DNA from: Marsupella aquatica
Lineage: Eukaryota; Plantae; Marchantiophyta
Reading direction: 5' to 3'
Length of the DNA stretch: 64,000 nucleotides
Assembly: GCA_973895155.1 (NCBI GenBank)
Contig: OZ316893.1
Coordinates: forward strand, 24,417,520-24,481,519
Shown here: positions 10,501-23,667 of the stretch, piece after piece
How the letters are laid out: each line of letters starts with the position of its first letter
Position numbering within the stretch: position 1 is the stretch's first letter
Notes under the pieces: generated by a model
The model's database searches: none
What the model was told of the DNA's origin: nothing
What the model saw: the letters and a program-made list of their open reading frames with translations, nothing else
Made by a program: the position numbers and the translations under genes

Positions 10501-12837
10501 CGGACTACAGTAGAACAACACAGGTACAGTACGGTAAAGCACCCATGTACAGTACAGTACTTCCCTGTGATCTTCGTACAGTACTGCCAACGTGATTCCT
10601 GAACTCTCTGATCCGTTCATTTGGATTTCTGTTGAATCCTTGCCCCCGAGGGGACTGTAGGAGTCCTACGGAGTGGGTTTCATGGAAGTACGATCCAAGG
10701 ATAGCGCCGTTCCTTCCACGCTCCCCAAGATCTTGGACGCAATGGGATTAGGCAAGGTTTGTTGTCCCTTTGTGTCATATGGACTCCTCGTAAATTTTTA
10801 GGGGCTTTGCCAATGTCACTTTGTGTGAAGAATTAGGAATGTTTTATAATGAAATTTCTCTGGTTTCGTTTATGAGAAGTATCAAAGGATACGGTAACGG
10901 GATCGAACCCTGGGAAACGTTCAGGGAGGTGGTGTAATCTAGCTAATTATATTAACCCATAGAATAAAACTCTTTTGATCGTTCCCATTTGTTGAGTGAC
11001 GCACTGTCCACTGTTTTTCTTTTTGGCTATTTATGGCCAGATCCACGACTCAATATCTGCGTATGAAGCTTGGATGGACCTAGGGGTTGTCTCAATCTTC
11101 CTCATTTTGCATTTGGCTATGCTCAAGGGTGGTTTGATAGTGTGTGGCACAGTCTATGAGGACGGGCAAAACAAACACCTTTGTCTGTTCAGCCTTAATT
11201 TCCAATTTTGTTGCCTATTCCACACAGAGCAAATAATCGGAAAATTATTGGGGAAATGTCTAAAATTTCCTTATTCATTTGACCCCAGATGCCAGGTTTG
11301 CTACATTGATCCTCTAGGGCAGCTGGCTGATTTTGTGACTCCAATAAGCTCTTGTCTTATGGGACCAGATTGCCAGTATTTCTGAAATATTATGCCGGTT
11401 CACACCAGTTTTCCTTGTGTTTTGTGCCAGTTCTGCTGGGTTTTTGCTTCAGGTTGCTGTAAAAGTTTGGGGTGACAACCTGCTAACACTTCTTATTGTC
11501 ACTTCTCACTAGCTAGTAAGTTAGTGATGTTAAGGAAATTGCTGTTCAGCATAAGTGAGGGCTAAGGAGGCAAAACTTGCAAGGAGTCAGCAAGTTGGCC
11601 TAGCAAGTTGCACACTACTTGAATTTATAATTCAAGGAGTGTGCAAGCTGTCTTGAGAGTCACAATCTCGAGTGGATAAGATGCACAGTGGCACCTTTAG
11701 ATCCATTTCATGGGAAAAATGTCACCATAATCCAATGCCCAGGAAGAGTTTCCACCAGAATAACATTTCCTGACCAAACCATGAAAAAAACAGTACGCTT
11801 ACATATTATGTGCCTGACTGCGTGTTCTTTGAAAGTAATCAGAGATGAGAAGAAAGAATCCTTGCATAAAAAAACATTTCACATATTTCCTGTTTATCTT
11901 TGCCCCTATCTTTGTTTTTTGTATGCACATTAACATTGAATTATGCCCTCTATTAGAAAGTCAAGGTCTAGAGATTTCACTCTAGACTATATGGGCAAGG
12001 ATAACTTTTGATTGTACTTTATTTGTTAGATTGTCTGAGTACCCATTCTTTGACCATAAATAGAGGTGAGTACAAAAAGGCCTTGTGAAAATACATATTC
12101 CCTATTGGCCAGTGACATTCAAGCTTGTTACGTGTTGTCCCCACGCACGCTTCCACCTTTCAAAATGCCCCAAAATGAAGATCTAGAAGCACCATAAACC
12201 ACCCCTTCATGTTGACTGTACACGAAGTTGGTTTCAATCTATTTTGGTCTCCAAGATGTGATTAGGGCCATCCATTGGGGACATACAACTGCAAGCCACA
12301 AAATGTTGGGGAAACTGCTTTCTAGACTGTTCGCGTGGAGTGGGGCCTAAATGTAGCACTTCTTTGCCCCTGATCTTCGCCCACCTCAGTTTGGAGGTCT
12401 CTTCATCTGATCCTCTAGTAGTGTCATAGGTAGAATCACTCGAGCCAACTAAAAGTGGCTTTACAAGAACTTGGGGGCCTAATTTTTTTTTTTTTCTAAG
12501 TGAATTGCTAGAACTGGCCACACTTTACATGAACTTGGGGGCACAATGAACCAAAAACATTACCAAACCTAGTCATCTGTCAATGGGTCCCTTGTGGGTC
12601 CCTTTTTTTTGCTGAGGTGTGCAAGCTTTTTTGTCAAAACCTTAGACGTCCTCTTGAGTGGTCTAAAAACTTGGAGCAAACTGCCTCTTGTTGTCAGGGA
12701 ATTGCATTGATTATTTCCAAACCTGACACATTTTGGTTAAGGCATTTTAACTTTTGTGGAAAAAAATGGCCATCAGCCTTGCTCTGGATGGAGAGAGATT
12801 GAACTGCGCCCACCGTCTAGTAAAGCCCCACCAACTG

Positions 12838-13060
12838 CGTGACTTTCAGATGAAGTGGGCCCCAATTTGTGTGTTAGCAAATTAGTTTAAAGCCAAAAGC
12901 TCCAATATATAAGACCTTAGGTCATAAAAGAATCATGTTGAGGGCATGAGACTCCAAAACTTTTCTATTCCCTATACACTATCTTAATATTTCAAATGAT
13001 CTTCCATATTGATTTGATGAAAATAATTCACAAGTGCCCCCACCGTCTTGCAAAGTCAGC
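12838..13060. repeat. Small degenerate inverted-repeat element (MITE-like)
   Basis: GTGACTTTCAGATGAAGTGGGCCCCAATTTGTG (~12839-12871) is an imperfect reverse complement of CACAAGTGCCCCCACCGTCTTGCAAAGTCAG (~13029-13059). No TSD resolved. Confidence 0.4.
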
Positions 13061-16000
13061 CTTAGAGTACCTTCGGATCGCTATAAGATAATCAGATACT
13101 GCCACTCTTACAGTACCTTTATTAGACCGCTATAACATAAGGAGACACTGTTTAGAAAATAGGAGATTAGCCTCTATAGTGGGGTAGATGGGTTCGTCAG
13201 ACTGGCTGCCGGGAGTATGGGTGACGCAAAGACGCTCGTACTTGGAATTATTGCTTCGGGGAAACACTGTCGGCGTGTGTCCGTCAGCAAGAACCCGTCG
13301 GCTAAACCTCGCCGTCTTTTCACATTGCGGTACCGTCTGTATCTGGCCCGGCTGCTATAGAAGAGAAGCATGACGCACGTAGCCACGAAGAATCGAACTC
13401 CGTCAATTCGGGGCGCTCCGTAGTAGAGTAGTAGTCTGACCGACCCGACGGGCTCTGAGGCACAGTAAATAACTTTGGACGGCCGTTTTATCTATTGGGC
13501 CGCGATTGGTGACCACAAGGGAATATGAGTGGACCAAAACTCCCAGCGACGGGTATATTAAGTGCTGTGATTGGTCATCAGAAAGGGTCGCCAATTTCAC
13601 CTGCAAAAAGCGATCGACATTGATCGCCATTGATCGCCATATGGTCACCAGGATTGGTCAGGTTGGGGAGCGGTCTGCCTCCCGCCACTGTTTCACATGG
13701 ACCTATGCCCTATAGGAGGCTGAGTCCCGGACTTGACCACAGTACTTGATGGCTGTGTACTGTGCTGGATTCGAACTTGCGGTGATCCTTCGCGGCTCTG
13801 AAAGTTGCGTTCCAACTTGTGGTGAATCCCTTTCTCATGGTCCGTAGCTTTTTGTACGATATATCAGTCAATAGTGACGACACTACATGGGAGAGCGCGC
13901 CATGCAACTGTTGCGCTGTGCACATTTTCAGGAGGTTTTGCGATAGAGTTCAGCTTCCAAAAGCAAATTCCAACGAAAGTGCATTGAAATTAGTATTCTT
14001 TTTGTTTTATACCATCTTTTTTGGCTCATCTTTGCTTTTCCTAACAACTTTTACAAACGTCACTGAAAAGGCCTGGGTTCGCTTGTTGGGTGCTGTCACC
14101 ACACTGAGTATTCTTCTCACATAGCCATGGTGTTGTCTCCTAAACTTGAGAGGTTTTTGGGTCCCATGATGAAAAATACTTTTAAACTCCAACTCAATGT
14201 TTATTTAACACTATTCTCTGGGAATTGTTTTTTAGTTGGATGGTGTGTTCGAGTTTTGACTCTAAGTGTTCTATACATTGAACACAAAAGGTACAAGATT
14301 TGTGAATCACATGACAACGCTCAGTTGAACAAACAGTGTATATTTAAATTCAACGCCCATTTTTAACACAATGCCCTGCAAGTGCAAAAAAGAAAGAAAG
14401 ATAGTCAACACTTGGATATAATTGCCCCAATCGCAGTATTCAAAAAGGGCACCCCATAATCCACTATTATCTGTGTTCAGGGGAAAATGGTAGGATGCAC
14501 TACTAGATGTGAATTGATAGTCATTGAATAGAGAGATCCATATAGAGTAATGTCTTGATAACAAGGCATTATGGGCATATCACCCACAAAAAACAAAGGA
14601 TTCACTTCAAGTTTCCAGGGTCTATTATTACACTAGTGCCCTTGCAGATATGTCTCTTTGTAATTTTCAGGGTATATTGTTGGAGGAGAATGCACCCTCA
14701 AAATTTGGATAAACTCATCATGGGAAGTTCTCTACTTTTACTAAAAGAGGTAAAAAATAAATTTTCTTAGGCCTTTAAGTGCATTAAGTTTCTATTAAGA
14801 GAATATTATGGGTAGCACAGTCTTTCAAAACTCAAGCTAAAGCTAAATTCAATTCAACTCAAACTAAACTGATGCTCTCATTTTAGGGGGCACTGTAGCC
14901 CACAATCGCCTATAACCAACATTTCCCTACATATACAACGCCCTCTGAACATGATGTTAATACATTTAAAGGCCCGAAGACACGTTTAATGTTTATTATT
15001 TTGCAGAGGAAAAGTTTCAAATTGCTAGATTCAGAATCGAGAATGTGCATCCTCGTCAAAGAAACACAAAGAAAATACAAAGAAAAACTCCACGAAGGGC
15101 ACGAAGGTCAGATACATTCCCCTTGGTCGAAACAGAGACGGTACACTGAACGACGGGCGAAGCATGGACTGCGTGAAGCCTACTGTAGTTCCCTGGCCAG
15201 TCAGTCCGGCGCTGACAAGTCTACCTCAGCCGTCCGTCCCGCTCGCAGGCCGCGCCAGCGCACGAACCATACAGGATCCCGAGTATCATTATTATTATAT
15301 TCTTCTCCCGTTACATAATATTCGAAGTACTTCAGTACTCTTGTCGTGCTACAGTGCCGTGATGACTTCAAGGAAGAACGAGAGGTAGCCCCCGCCTGAC
15401 CAGCATCTTTGCCGGTAATCGGGGAACACGTATGGACCCGGATTGTACGTTGTCTCACGTCACGCCGGCTGCCGGGAGTCTTGGGTTGACAGTCCTTACT
15501 GTGCTTACACTGTCAGTTTCTGGATTAGACTCATTAGAGGGTTTACATTATTACAGTAGGAATTACAGTACTGTAGGAGGTTCCGCATGCGTGCGCGAAG
15601 AGTTAATATTTTTCCTGCGACGCCTTAAAGTATTCTCCTTAATTTCTCTTTCTGTTTTTCTCTAAAATGATATGATATATGTTTGATGCTCTTCATGATT
15701 TTCAGGTACCCAAGGTGTTAATATACTTAAAGGTGTACTGTCAGGTACCCTGTTAACAAAGGCTTTAATAGAGTTAAAGGTCTTCACATTTATTACCTGT
15801 TTCACGTAAGAGTGACCATAAGTTTTATAGTTCTCCTATCAAAATCTTCACATTTTACAAAGGAAAATAATGTAGTGCATTGAACTTTATAAAAGGAAAA
15901 CATATTGAAGTGCTTACAATCTAAATATGTACTACAAACATTCTACTTTCGTAGGTTTCATAAACTGTAGACCTAAGTATCAGCAAACAAGAAAAATAAT

Positions 16001-16539
16001 GCCAAACTGGAGACATGATCCCAAAAGACAAAAATCCCAATAAAGTAGAGAACAAATGTGTAACCCTATCAGCAAAGTAGAAAGCTAAAGCTAAACAGGG
16101 AGACATGATCCCAAAGGTTAAAAAAAACACAATAAAGTGTAAAACAATGAAGAAAACCCCACACCCAAGAAGCCAGAGGGCCATAGAACACAAACCTTAC
16201 CGAAGGGACAAAGTATTGGGATTGGGGTGAAAACTTTATGGTAGTACATTAGTTTATTAATTTGTGAGCACCCCTATTGTCCCTACTATAAATTATGACT
16301 GTCAAACCTTGCATCGTGGAACACTTTCCAACCTCACAAGTTGCCCAAGCGAAAATTCGGCGAAGTCTTCCAAAGGAAAGTTGAAAGAGCTCCCTGACGA
16401 ACGATGATGACGATGATTGCAAGTCGTTGGTCCATTCCGGGAACTTTAAACTGTACTTTCGAATGTACTGTAATTTGCCTTTTGTTTGTTGGCGGCCATT
16501 GACCAAACAGCTTTGGACTCGACCTCTCAAATTGAGTCA

Positions 16540-17115
16540 CAATGTTTCATGGATTGATTCGAGAACCTTGTTGGGCGACTTGAAGATGAGGCTTCATGTT
16601 TCTGATTCATAGGTACGTGTCGTCGACGCGAATCAGTCCTCGTGGCTCGGTGACTCAGTGAGTTGTAGAATATTTCCATCTTTTAAAATGAGTCCAGAAT
16701 CTTTCGTAGTTTGATTTCGAGAACCTTGTTATCGAGCCACTTGAAGGTGAGGCCACTTCAAGTTTTCCTTTTTAAACATGTGACAATGTTTCTCAACTGG
16801 CGATGACGTAGCTCAACTCGTGGAGAGGAGTTCAGGGTTTACAAATATGTGGTTCTTTCAAGAATTGTACGTTGCCTCTGGTGGCCCTGTCTTGGGAAAG
16901 TGGTTGGTTGTTGATCTGATTAGTCGGGAAATCATTACAGTACAGAAGGTTTGGTAGAAGTTAATCGGTCCTCGTGGCTCGTTGACTTATTGAGCTGTAG
17001 AAATGTAGAATTCTCATCTTTAGGTTCGAACTTTCGAATTGAATCTCGTCACAATCTTTCATAGATCGATTCGAGAACTTCTTATCGGACCACTTGACAA
17101 TGAACCACTTCACGT
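16540..17115. repeat. Diverged local direct duplication
   Basis: AATC.GTCCTCGTGGCTCG.TGACT..TGAG.TGTAGAA occurs at ~16631 and ~16963. TTCGAGAAC.T..TT....C.ACTTGA occurs at ~16558, ~16717 and ~17070. Confidence 0.6.
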
Positions 17116-19561
17116 TTTTATTCATACGTTGGGAACTTTCCTCGAATGTTGACATACAAACGGAAAGCTGGATTTGTGTTAAAACTTGAAAAATCCCATA
17201 ATTTGCAAAGAATCTGAATTCTCCAAGCCGTTCGTAATTCAACACATAATTGGTCGTCTCCATATGGGTATTCTGGTCGCCTGCATATGGATATTCTCGA
17301 AGGGAATTCTGGTGCAGTAGCTACAGTAGTCCAGTTTTTGAGCAAGAGTCTATCACCCCGTCGAATTACCAGAATGTCTACGTACTACCGTCTAGCGGTG
17401 CCTGGCCCGTAGGAGATCCCAATCAAGTACACTACCATATGGACATCTCCATCATCCTTAGATACTTTGGATGTGTGCCGATGTTTAGTCACGTACACTC
17501 CCACAAGCTCACATTTGACTGACTTCTGCAGTCACTGTCCAGGCTCGTTGAGCTACGTCCCATTGGCCAGCGATACATTCTAGATGGGTATACCGCAAAG
17601 GACACGACAACGGCATCGAAGGTAACGAGACAGGAGGGGCCGCATTCATCCCGCAAGCACGAACCATCGTCTTCCAGACCGTTGGACTTCGACATGTTGA
17701 ATGCTGTACTGTTGCTGTAGCAATCCGCAACTTAATCGACAGAAGTGGATGCCACTGTCATTTGTAGTACTGTAAGTCTTGAATTATCCCTTACAAGATC
17801 GCTTGGAGCACATAATATGATACATTCGGATCATATCAAACAAAGAATTGGACCATATCATATCAAAACGGTACTGTCCTCTGTGACTTCAGTGCTTAGA
17901 AAGTAACTGTCTTTAAACTTACACCAACATAACATGAGATTTGACAATGGGAGCCCCTGGCCTGGAACTCTGGGGTCGACGGGCCATATAGGCTTGAAAG
18001 GAGCTTCATCGAAGAATATGGGTGAAAGGCGCTGAGAGCACATTTCTAATAGCCACAGTTTATAATGCACTGTAAACTTGAACTCCGACCAGTTTGTGCT
18101 GAGGTAGGAGATTCAGTGGTGTTATTTTTTCTCGGTACGAAAATGGGAGATCCAGTCTCCAAGCTTGAAAAGAGGCTTAGATCTGAAATAGTCCAGTATA
18201 CATAGAAACGCTTCTTGGATGAGAACTTCCTTGCAGATGCCTTAGCAAAACTCCTGCAGCCGCGTAGCGAAGGCATTAGTGCAATCACACAGCTAGAGTC
18301 ACTATCAACTATGTTTTGTAACATTACTTCAAGGGCAAACTCTGTTTCGTAATATTACTTCAAGGGCAAGCAGGACTACCATGCGAGCATAGAATGGAGG
18401 AAGCAGGCGTTACATGAAGAGCACAAGTCTTAGTTCCGGAAAGACTTCCCATCACCTGTAGGAGATGATGGAAAGCCTGTTGACGATAACAGCTTTAGCT
18501 CGGCAGCATGAGAGATGATGATCAACGAGTGAGAATCCTTTTGATAATTGTTTGTTAGAGGACTCTGATCGTCTTCTTGACGAAATGTACTAACCGATGT
18601 CTATCTGTCTCCCAATGACGAGAACATTAATTTTTTACAACTAAAGCGAGGGAATAAATGTCTTATGAACCGCTAGTCATATTGGTCACCATCATCGTCA
18701 AGGTCAAAGGAGTGATCTATCATTGGAATTTGCCGTTGGGTGAAAGTCTCGAGCACCTGCGTAGATCTACCATAATCATCATCATCATTACAAACTAGGG
18801 AGTGGTGACGGATTTTTAGACCTGTTGAGCTGAATACATGGTTAGATTCAGGGAATTGCCAACGAAAGTTGCTTCTTGATGGGGGAGTTTGTAAGTAGCC
18901 CCCCCCCCATTAGGACAGGTTGTTCTCTACTGCTCCAGTTACGAAAATGGTTCTGTTCGTTAATGAGCCTGTAATACTAATCTTGGTGCCACCGCCCCTC
19001 TTTTCCACGGCAGTCCAGCCTGATACACAATGAAAGAGGAAAAGAAGAGCTTCACTAAAATGGTGGAGTTTATAGACAAGTACTTCATCATTGCATGACA
19101 TCAAATACTCCGCTTACTAAGTCATATAATCAGGTGTATGTGACTCATGACGATACTCGAGGTTCGCCCTAAAAACCAACTGTGATGTCAAGTTACTTCC
19201 ATGTCAATCCCATTCTGCAAAGAATGTATGCCCCAGATTGGTCAGGATATCAACGCTTCTATACAGGCATCGGAAAATGTACAGAAGGTAAGTAAAACCC
19301 TTTCTCAACATGTGAATTTCAGGATAGCATTAAATGAGCATCAAGAAATAGGAGCCAGCAGTAGGAGCAGACACCGGCAGCCAACAATCCACAGAAAGCC
19401 TCATTGACAAGTACTTTTCTCTTTAAGTCAGATCGGTGCTACCTTGCAGAAGATTGTCATATGAACGTTGGGAGTCCGATAGTCTTACAAAGTAGCCTAT
19501 CATTTAAGGATGTCCTAAATATGATTAAAAAATGCTTCCTCCCTGCCTTGACTATTCGATA

Positions 19562-22500
19562 TCATGTTTCCTTGCTGCTTCGTCCTTTCGAGTATAAGAT
19601 TGCCTTGAGACCTTCCCTGTAGGTTGGATACAGAAGCTTCACTTTGAGGTCGACTTTGATGCCTTCGTTTGAGACCCTCTTCTCTCCTCTGTGATTTGAT
19701 GAGTTGTTTCCACTCTGGGCTATTCTCGGGGGAGAAACCACTTCTTTAGTGGATTTGTGTTGAGAATTAATATCGTGGTTGCTGAGAAGGTCCCGTGCGT
19801 AGGAGCACACTTCCATGCGAGATGCAGGATCGTCATCTACGACATTATATGTTTTCCTGGCGCAAAAAAGACAAACAACAGACTGAGTCTCCAAATTGGT
19901 TTTGATCCTTTCAGCCATGTCACTCTTTTAAAAGAGCCAGTGAAAATTGAACATCACGTATGCATCAGTTTGATAAGAGTAGAGCAAAAATTAACTTCTG
20001 GCTAACAGGACAGGTCAGACTAACCTATTGTATTGCTAAGCTCACAGATGACATCCTATTTACAAGCAATTAACTTCCACATACATCAGTCTTCAAGGGG
20101 ACAATCCTAGGGCTTGCCCATAACCTCTTCTCGCGCTGTAGAAGACAAACAAAATTATTGTAGAAAGAGCGAACGAAGGACAAAACTTACAACAAAAATT
20201 CCGAAGAAACGTACCCAGAGTCAGGGTTCTGCATGCTAGCAAGAACTGTTTGGCAGACATCAGCCACATGAATCCGTGACGTGAAGCGCCGCTGCTCACG
20301 ACTTCGCTGCCTTACTGTGAGGGCTTTAGTACGCAAAACTGTATCAATGGCACTACAATAAAACGCAATAATTAGACATTTTCCCGACTGACCTTAGGAC
20401 ATAATCTCCAACATTTGCCTCAAGAAATAAGGATCCCCTTACTCAGTAATTTCCACCAGAATCTGTTCAGTATATCTACTCCTAGAATGTTGACAGAATA
20501 ATTTCCATTCTCGAAAGAATTAAGAAGCTTCAGTACTGCGGGAATCAGATTTTCGATAGGCAAAGGATACAATTTTGCGATATGAAACGACATCTATCAC
20601 AGTTCGCAAGGGTATGGCACGCAAATGCAACAACATTAGGGTACTACACGCAAAATGGAGTACTAAACTTGGTCAGTAGCCCTCAGAGAACTCTAAAGCA
20701 AACAGAGTTGAGCGACTTAACTAACATCGTAGGACTTCATGAGTAGCAAAGAAGAGGTACCTTCGTCCAGGGCCATAAATCCCTCCCAGGCGAAAGACAT
20801 GCACAGGAACATCATGGTCGAGACCAAATCTTAACCAAGCATCTTCGGCTGCCAACCTGGCCAGTGCCTTTTGCTCCACTGGTCTGGGCTTTGACCTGGG
20901 GATGAAAAACGTTCTTAGTTCAGGCTTGGTCCAAGTAGATAGCCGGGCAGAAAACCATTCAATTATGATTAATTTATCGAGCAGTGCTTACTGCTCATCG
21001 ACCCAGTCTCCACGCCAATCTCCGTAAACACCTGCAACCAGCATTCATGCGTAACGTATAAGAGTTCAAGCCCGATCCAAACTGAGGTTTTCGTCGAATT
21101 GATGGTACAAGGTTGGACATTGGCGTTCCATTTGTTACCATCCGTTCACAATTTGTGAAGGGGATGAGGCATATACTCGATTCTACACATTACTCTCCCA
21201 TCGGTCAGCTAATATGTCTACAAGCACACCGATAAAGTCTGATATTCACCAGTTGATGACAGGTAACCAATCCAGCCAACTCTCCCCTTTGCCACTGCTG
21301 GAATTAGATCCTGAACATGTCTGGTTAACACCTGCATGATAAAGCATGATGAAAACGCCATTAAATGGGACTCTAAGGACTCCATTCTTTTGACAGCAAT
21401 ATATCAAGGACAACCAGTATATTATACGACCAAATTCTCCTTTCGAAATACGTTTACTATAGTTGAAGCTGGGTATATTCTGCTCACAGATCATCTTTTC
21501 GGAGAACCATTCATAACGGACCCCACAGAACACAGCGGTATTACTTAGAATTCTCTCGTTGGCCACCGGTAAGCCAGCTAATCACAGAGAATCTCCATAG
21601 GGCTGTGCAGTACATTCCTGATTTCCTACATTGACTGATCTACTGTAGAGTGAAGGAGTACAAACCGGATCACTATCAAAATCCGCCACCGGAGGAACGG
21701 AGATCAGCCAGTGCGTTGCTTCCTGTAGCTCTCGCAAACCCTCATCCCTGCCCAAGTAAGGCAAAAGGTTCCTAAAGGCATAAGTATCTTAAGATATCAA
21801 CCCCGCCGAGACTACACAAGTCACAAACCCTTCTCTTCAGTAAAATAATAATGAGAAGTCTAGACAATGCTCCTACTTCACACAAAACACACGTATGTTA
21901 CGAAGAGCAGTGCCCCACTGTAGCAAGGATTTGATAACTACCTCAGTTCTTCGCCATCATTATCCGAGTTAAAAACATGAGCTGAATATCCACATTCCTC
22001 CAAAGCTGCTCTTTTTTCCTCCGAACGACAAGTTCCCGACACCTTCCTAGAGAAGATCAACAAAATTCCAGATATGGAGACTAAAAGAGGAACGAAATTA
22101 CCATACATCCCCCTAGCTTTTCGGGAAACCCCTTGCTCAGTCAGCAAAAACATTCAGACACATGTAAACAACCAAACCAATTCACAATAAGAGTGGTTCG
22201 AAAACCCCTCTCTGGAATGTGTCGAGCAGTTTATTTACAAAATCACTGACAGTTTTCTAGACAAGTGGTTCCCCTAACTATGCGGGGACACATACGTAAC
22301 TATCACAATCTGCAATGGACCGTGAAGTACAAGTAACTTTTTCAGCACTAAATGGGCAGTCCAATAGTTCTCTGGAAATTAGAACGGGAGTTACAATTTC
22401 CAGTAACAACGAATACCCGCGATTGCATAACAGTCCTAAGGTCTACAACACACCAGATTCATCCATTACAGCAGTAGCATAGCATTCAATATAGCCCAAG

Positions 22501-23073
22501 AATGATCGATAAAATACGCTTTTAGTTACTGACGAGCACTGCCTGAGGGATTCAAAAACCCTCTTTACAGATAGAGGCACTCAAGGAAACTTGCCAATTG
22601 TTCTTAAGATAACTCGCTAAGGCACATGATGTGTAACCGAATCCAAAGATGAAAATTCTTTTTTCTCCAGGTGATGAGTTGGGGCCGAGTAATATACTAG
22701 TCTTCTCAGCTTCAATTTCTTCAGACGGTGCGGCTAGCTGCTCAATACCAACTCCCTGGTTCTCACCACTAATTACTGGAATACTCCAACCTCCTCTGCT
22801 CCATCGCTTCAAACCCCACAGTCCTCCATAATGGTTGACTCGAAGAAACCGACATGACGTCTCACATTCCTTGAAGTCAATGTAACCTCCACCGTAGTAG
22901 AGCCCAGACCTTAACGGCTCAAGCCTCGACAGAGCTTGCCTCAACCTGCCAGGGAAGACGTGCTGGACTTTGTAGGTAGTGTTCCCCTGGTGGATGCAAG
23001 TGGAAACGCTGGGCAAACGGAGCGACGAGGTGTAGAAGGCTGCATTAATTCCAATTGGCACATACGTAGCCAT
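19562..23073 (-). CDS. Atypical short-chain dehydrogenase / NAD(P)-binding Rossmann-fold protein (YeeZ-like), probably organelle-targeted; 8 exons
   Basis: Exons 23073-22595, 22046-21942, 21747-21666, 21331-21250, 21031-20992, 20895-20761, 20352-20215 and 19856-19562 splice in frame. Motifs: IFIFGFGYT, WKVSGTCRS, THWLISVPP, GWIGYLSSTGVYGDWRGDWVDE, ARLAAEDAW, FRLGGIYGPGRSA, TSRIHVADVC, YNVVDDDPA, EKRVSN, YPTYREGL. The long basic, Ser-rich N-terminal extension resembles a transit peptide. Confidence 0.93.
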
Positions 23074-23379
23074 CAGGGTGCTCGCGGCTAGGTCTTCGTG
23101 GCTACAGCGTCGAAGAGCCAACACGGAGACCAGGATATAAAACTACAGTGCAGATGGATGTGAATTTCTCCATCGCATTTTGCAGAGACAAAACTTTCTT
23201 TGAACTCCTATTCAAGCTTGTTTTTGTATATGTTGAGATCATGAGAGAGAGAAGGGGAGAGGGAAAGAGGTTGCTCTGCAGAACGAGAAGCAACGGGTAG
23301 AGAAATAGACAGTGGCCGGCCAGAGGACTGACCAGAACCACAAAGTTGAGGGAATCGAGATGTTTCCCTCCCGTGTTTC

Positions 23380-23667
23380 TCAATTTGATCCTTCATTTAG
23401 CAGCCACCTCGTGTTGGAGCTGAAAATCTCCTTGAAGTTCATGGGGCAGGGGTGGATGACCATCGAGAAGAGGAGCGAGACCACAGAAAGCACCCAGCTG
23501 CAGAGAACTTGGAACATGAATGACAGGGACATCAGGAACATGACACTGAAGAAGCAGTACAAAATTGGCCCCAGCAACGCCAGGTACAAAAAGAGGGCGG
23601 ACATGTGGCCGTTGTTGTTGTTCCTCCGCATCAGTGTTCCCCCGAACAGAAAGCAACGAAGACACAT
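23380..23667 (-). CDS. Putative small membrane protein / upstream ORF (95 aa; alternative starts at MRRNNN or MSALF)
   Basis: ATG-initiated ORF with a long hydrophobic stretch (LFLYLALLGPILYCFFSVMFLMSLSFMFQVLCSWVLSVVSLLFSMVI). Strong C/G third-position bias in this frame (GTC ATC CAC CCC TGC CCC ATG AAC TTC AAG GAG). No family recognised. Confidence 0.5.
   Translation of the reverse strand: MCLRCFLFGGTLMRRNNNNGHMSALFLYLALLGPILYCFFSVMFLMSLSFMFQVLCSWVLSVVSLLFSMVIHPCPMNFKEIFSSNTRWLLNEGSN

Noticed and set aside
10897-10950. B-box-like GGTTCGATCCC on the minus strand (a weaker one lies at ~27000-27050)
   Set aside because: No cloverleaf can be folded. At most a decayed SINE head, not a tRNA.
17300-18900. 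Coding-like composition suggesting a pseudogene
   Set aside because: The frames I translated are interrupted by multiple stops, the ORF track shows nothing long, and no protein family was recognised.
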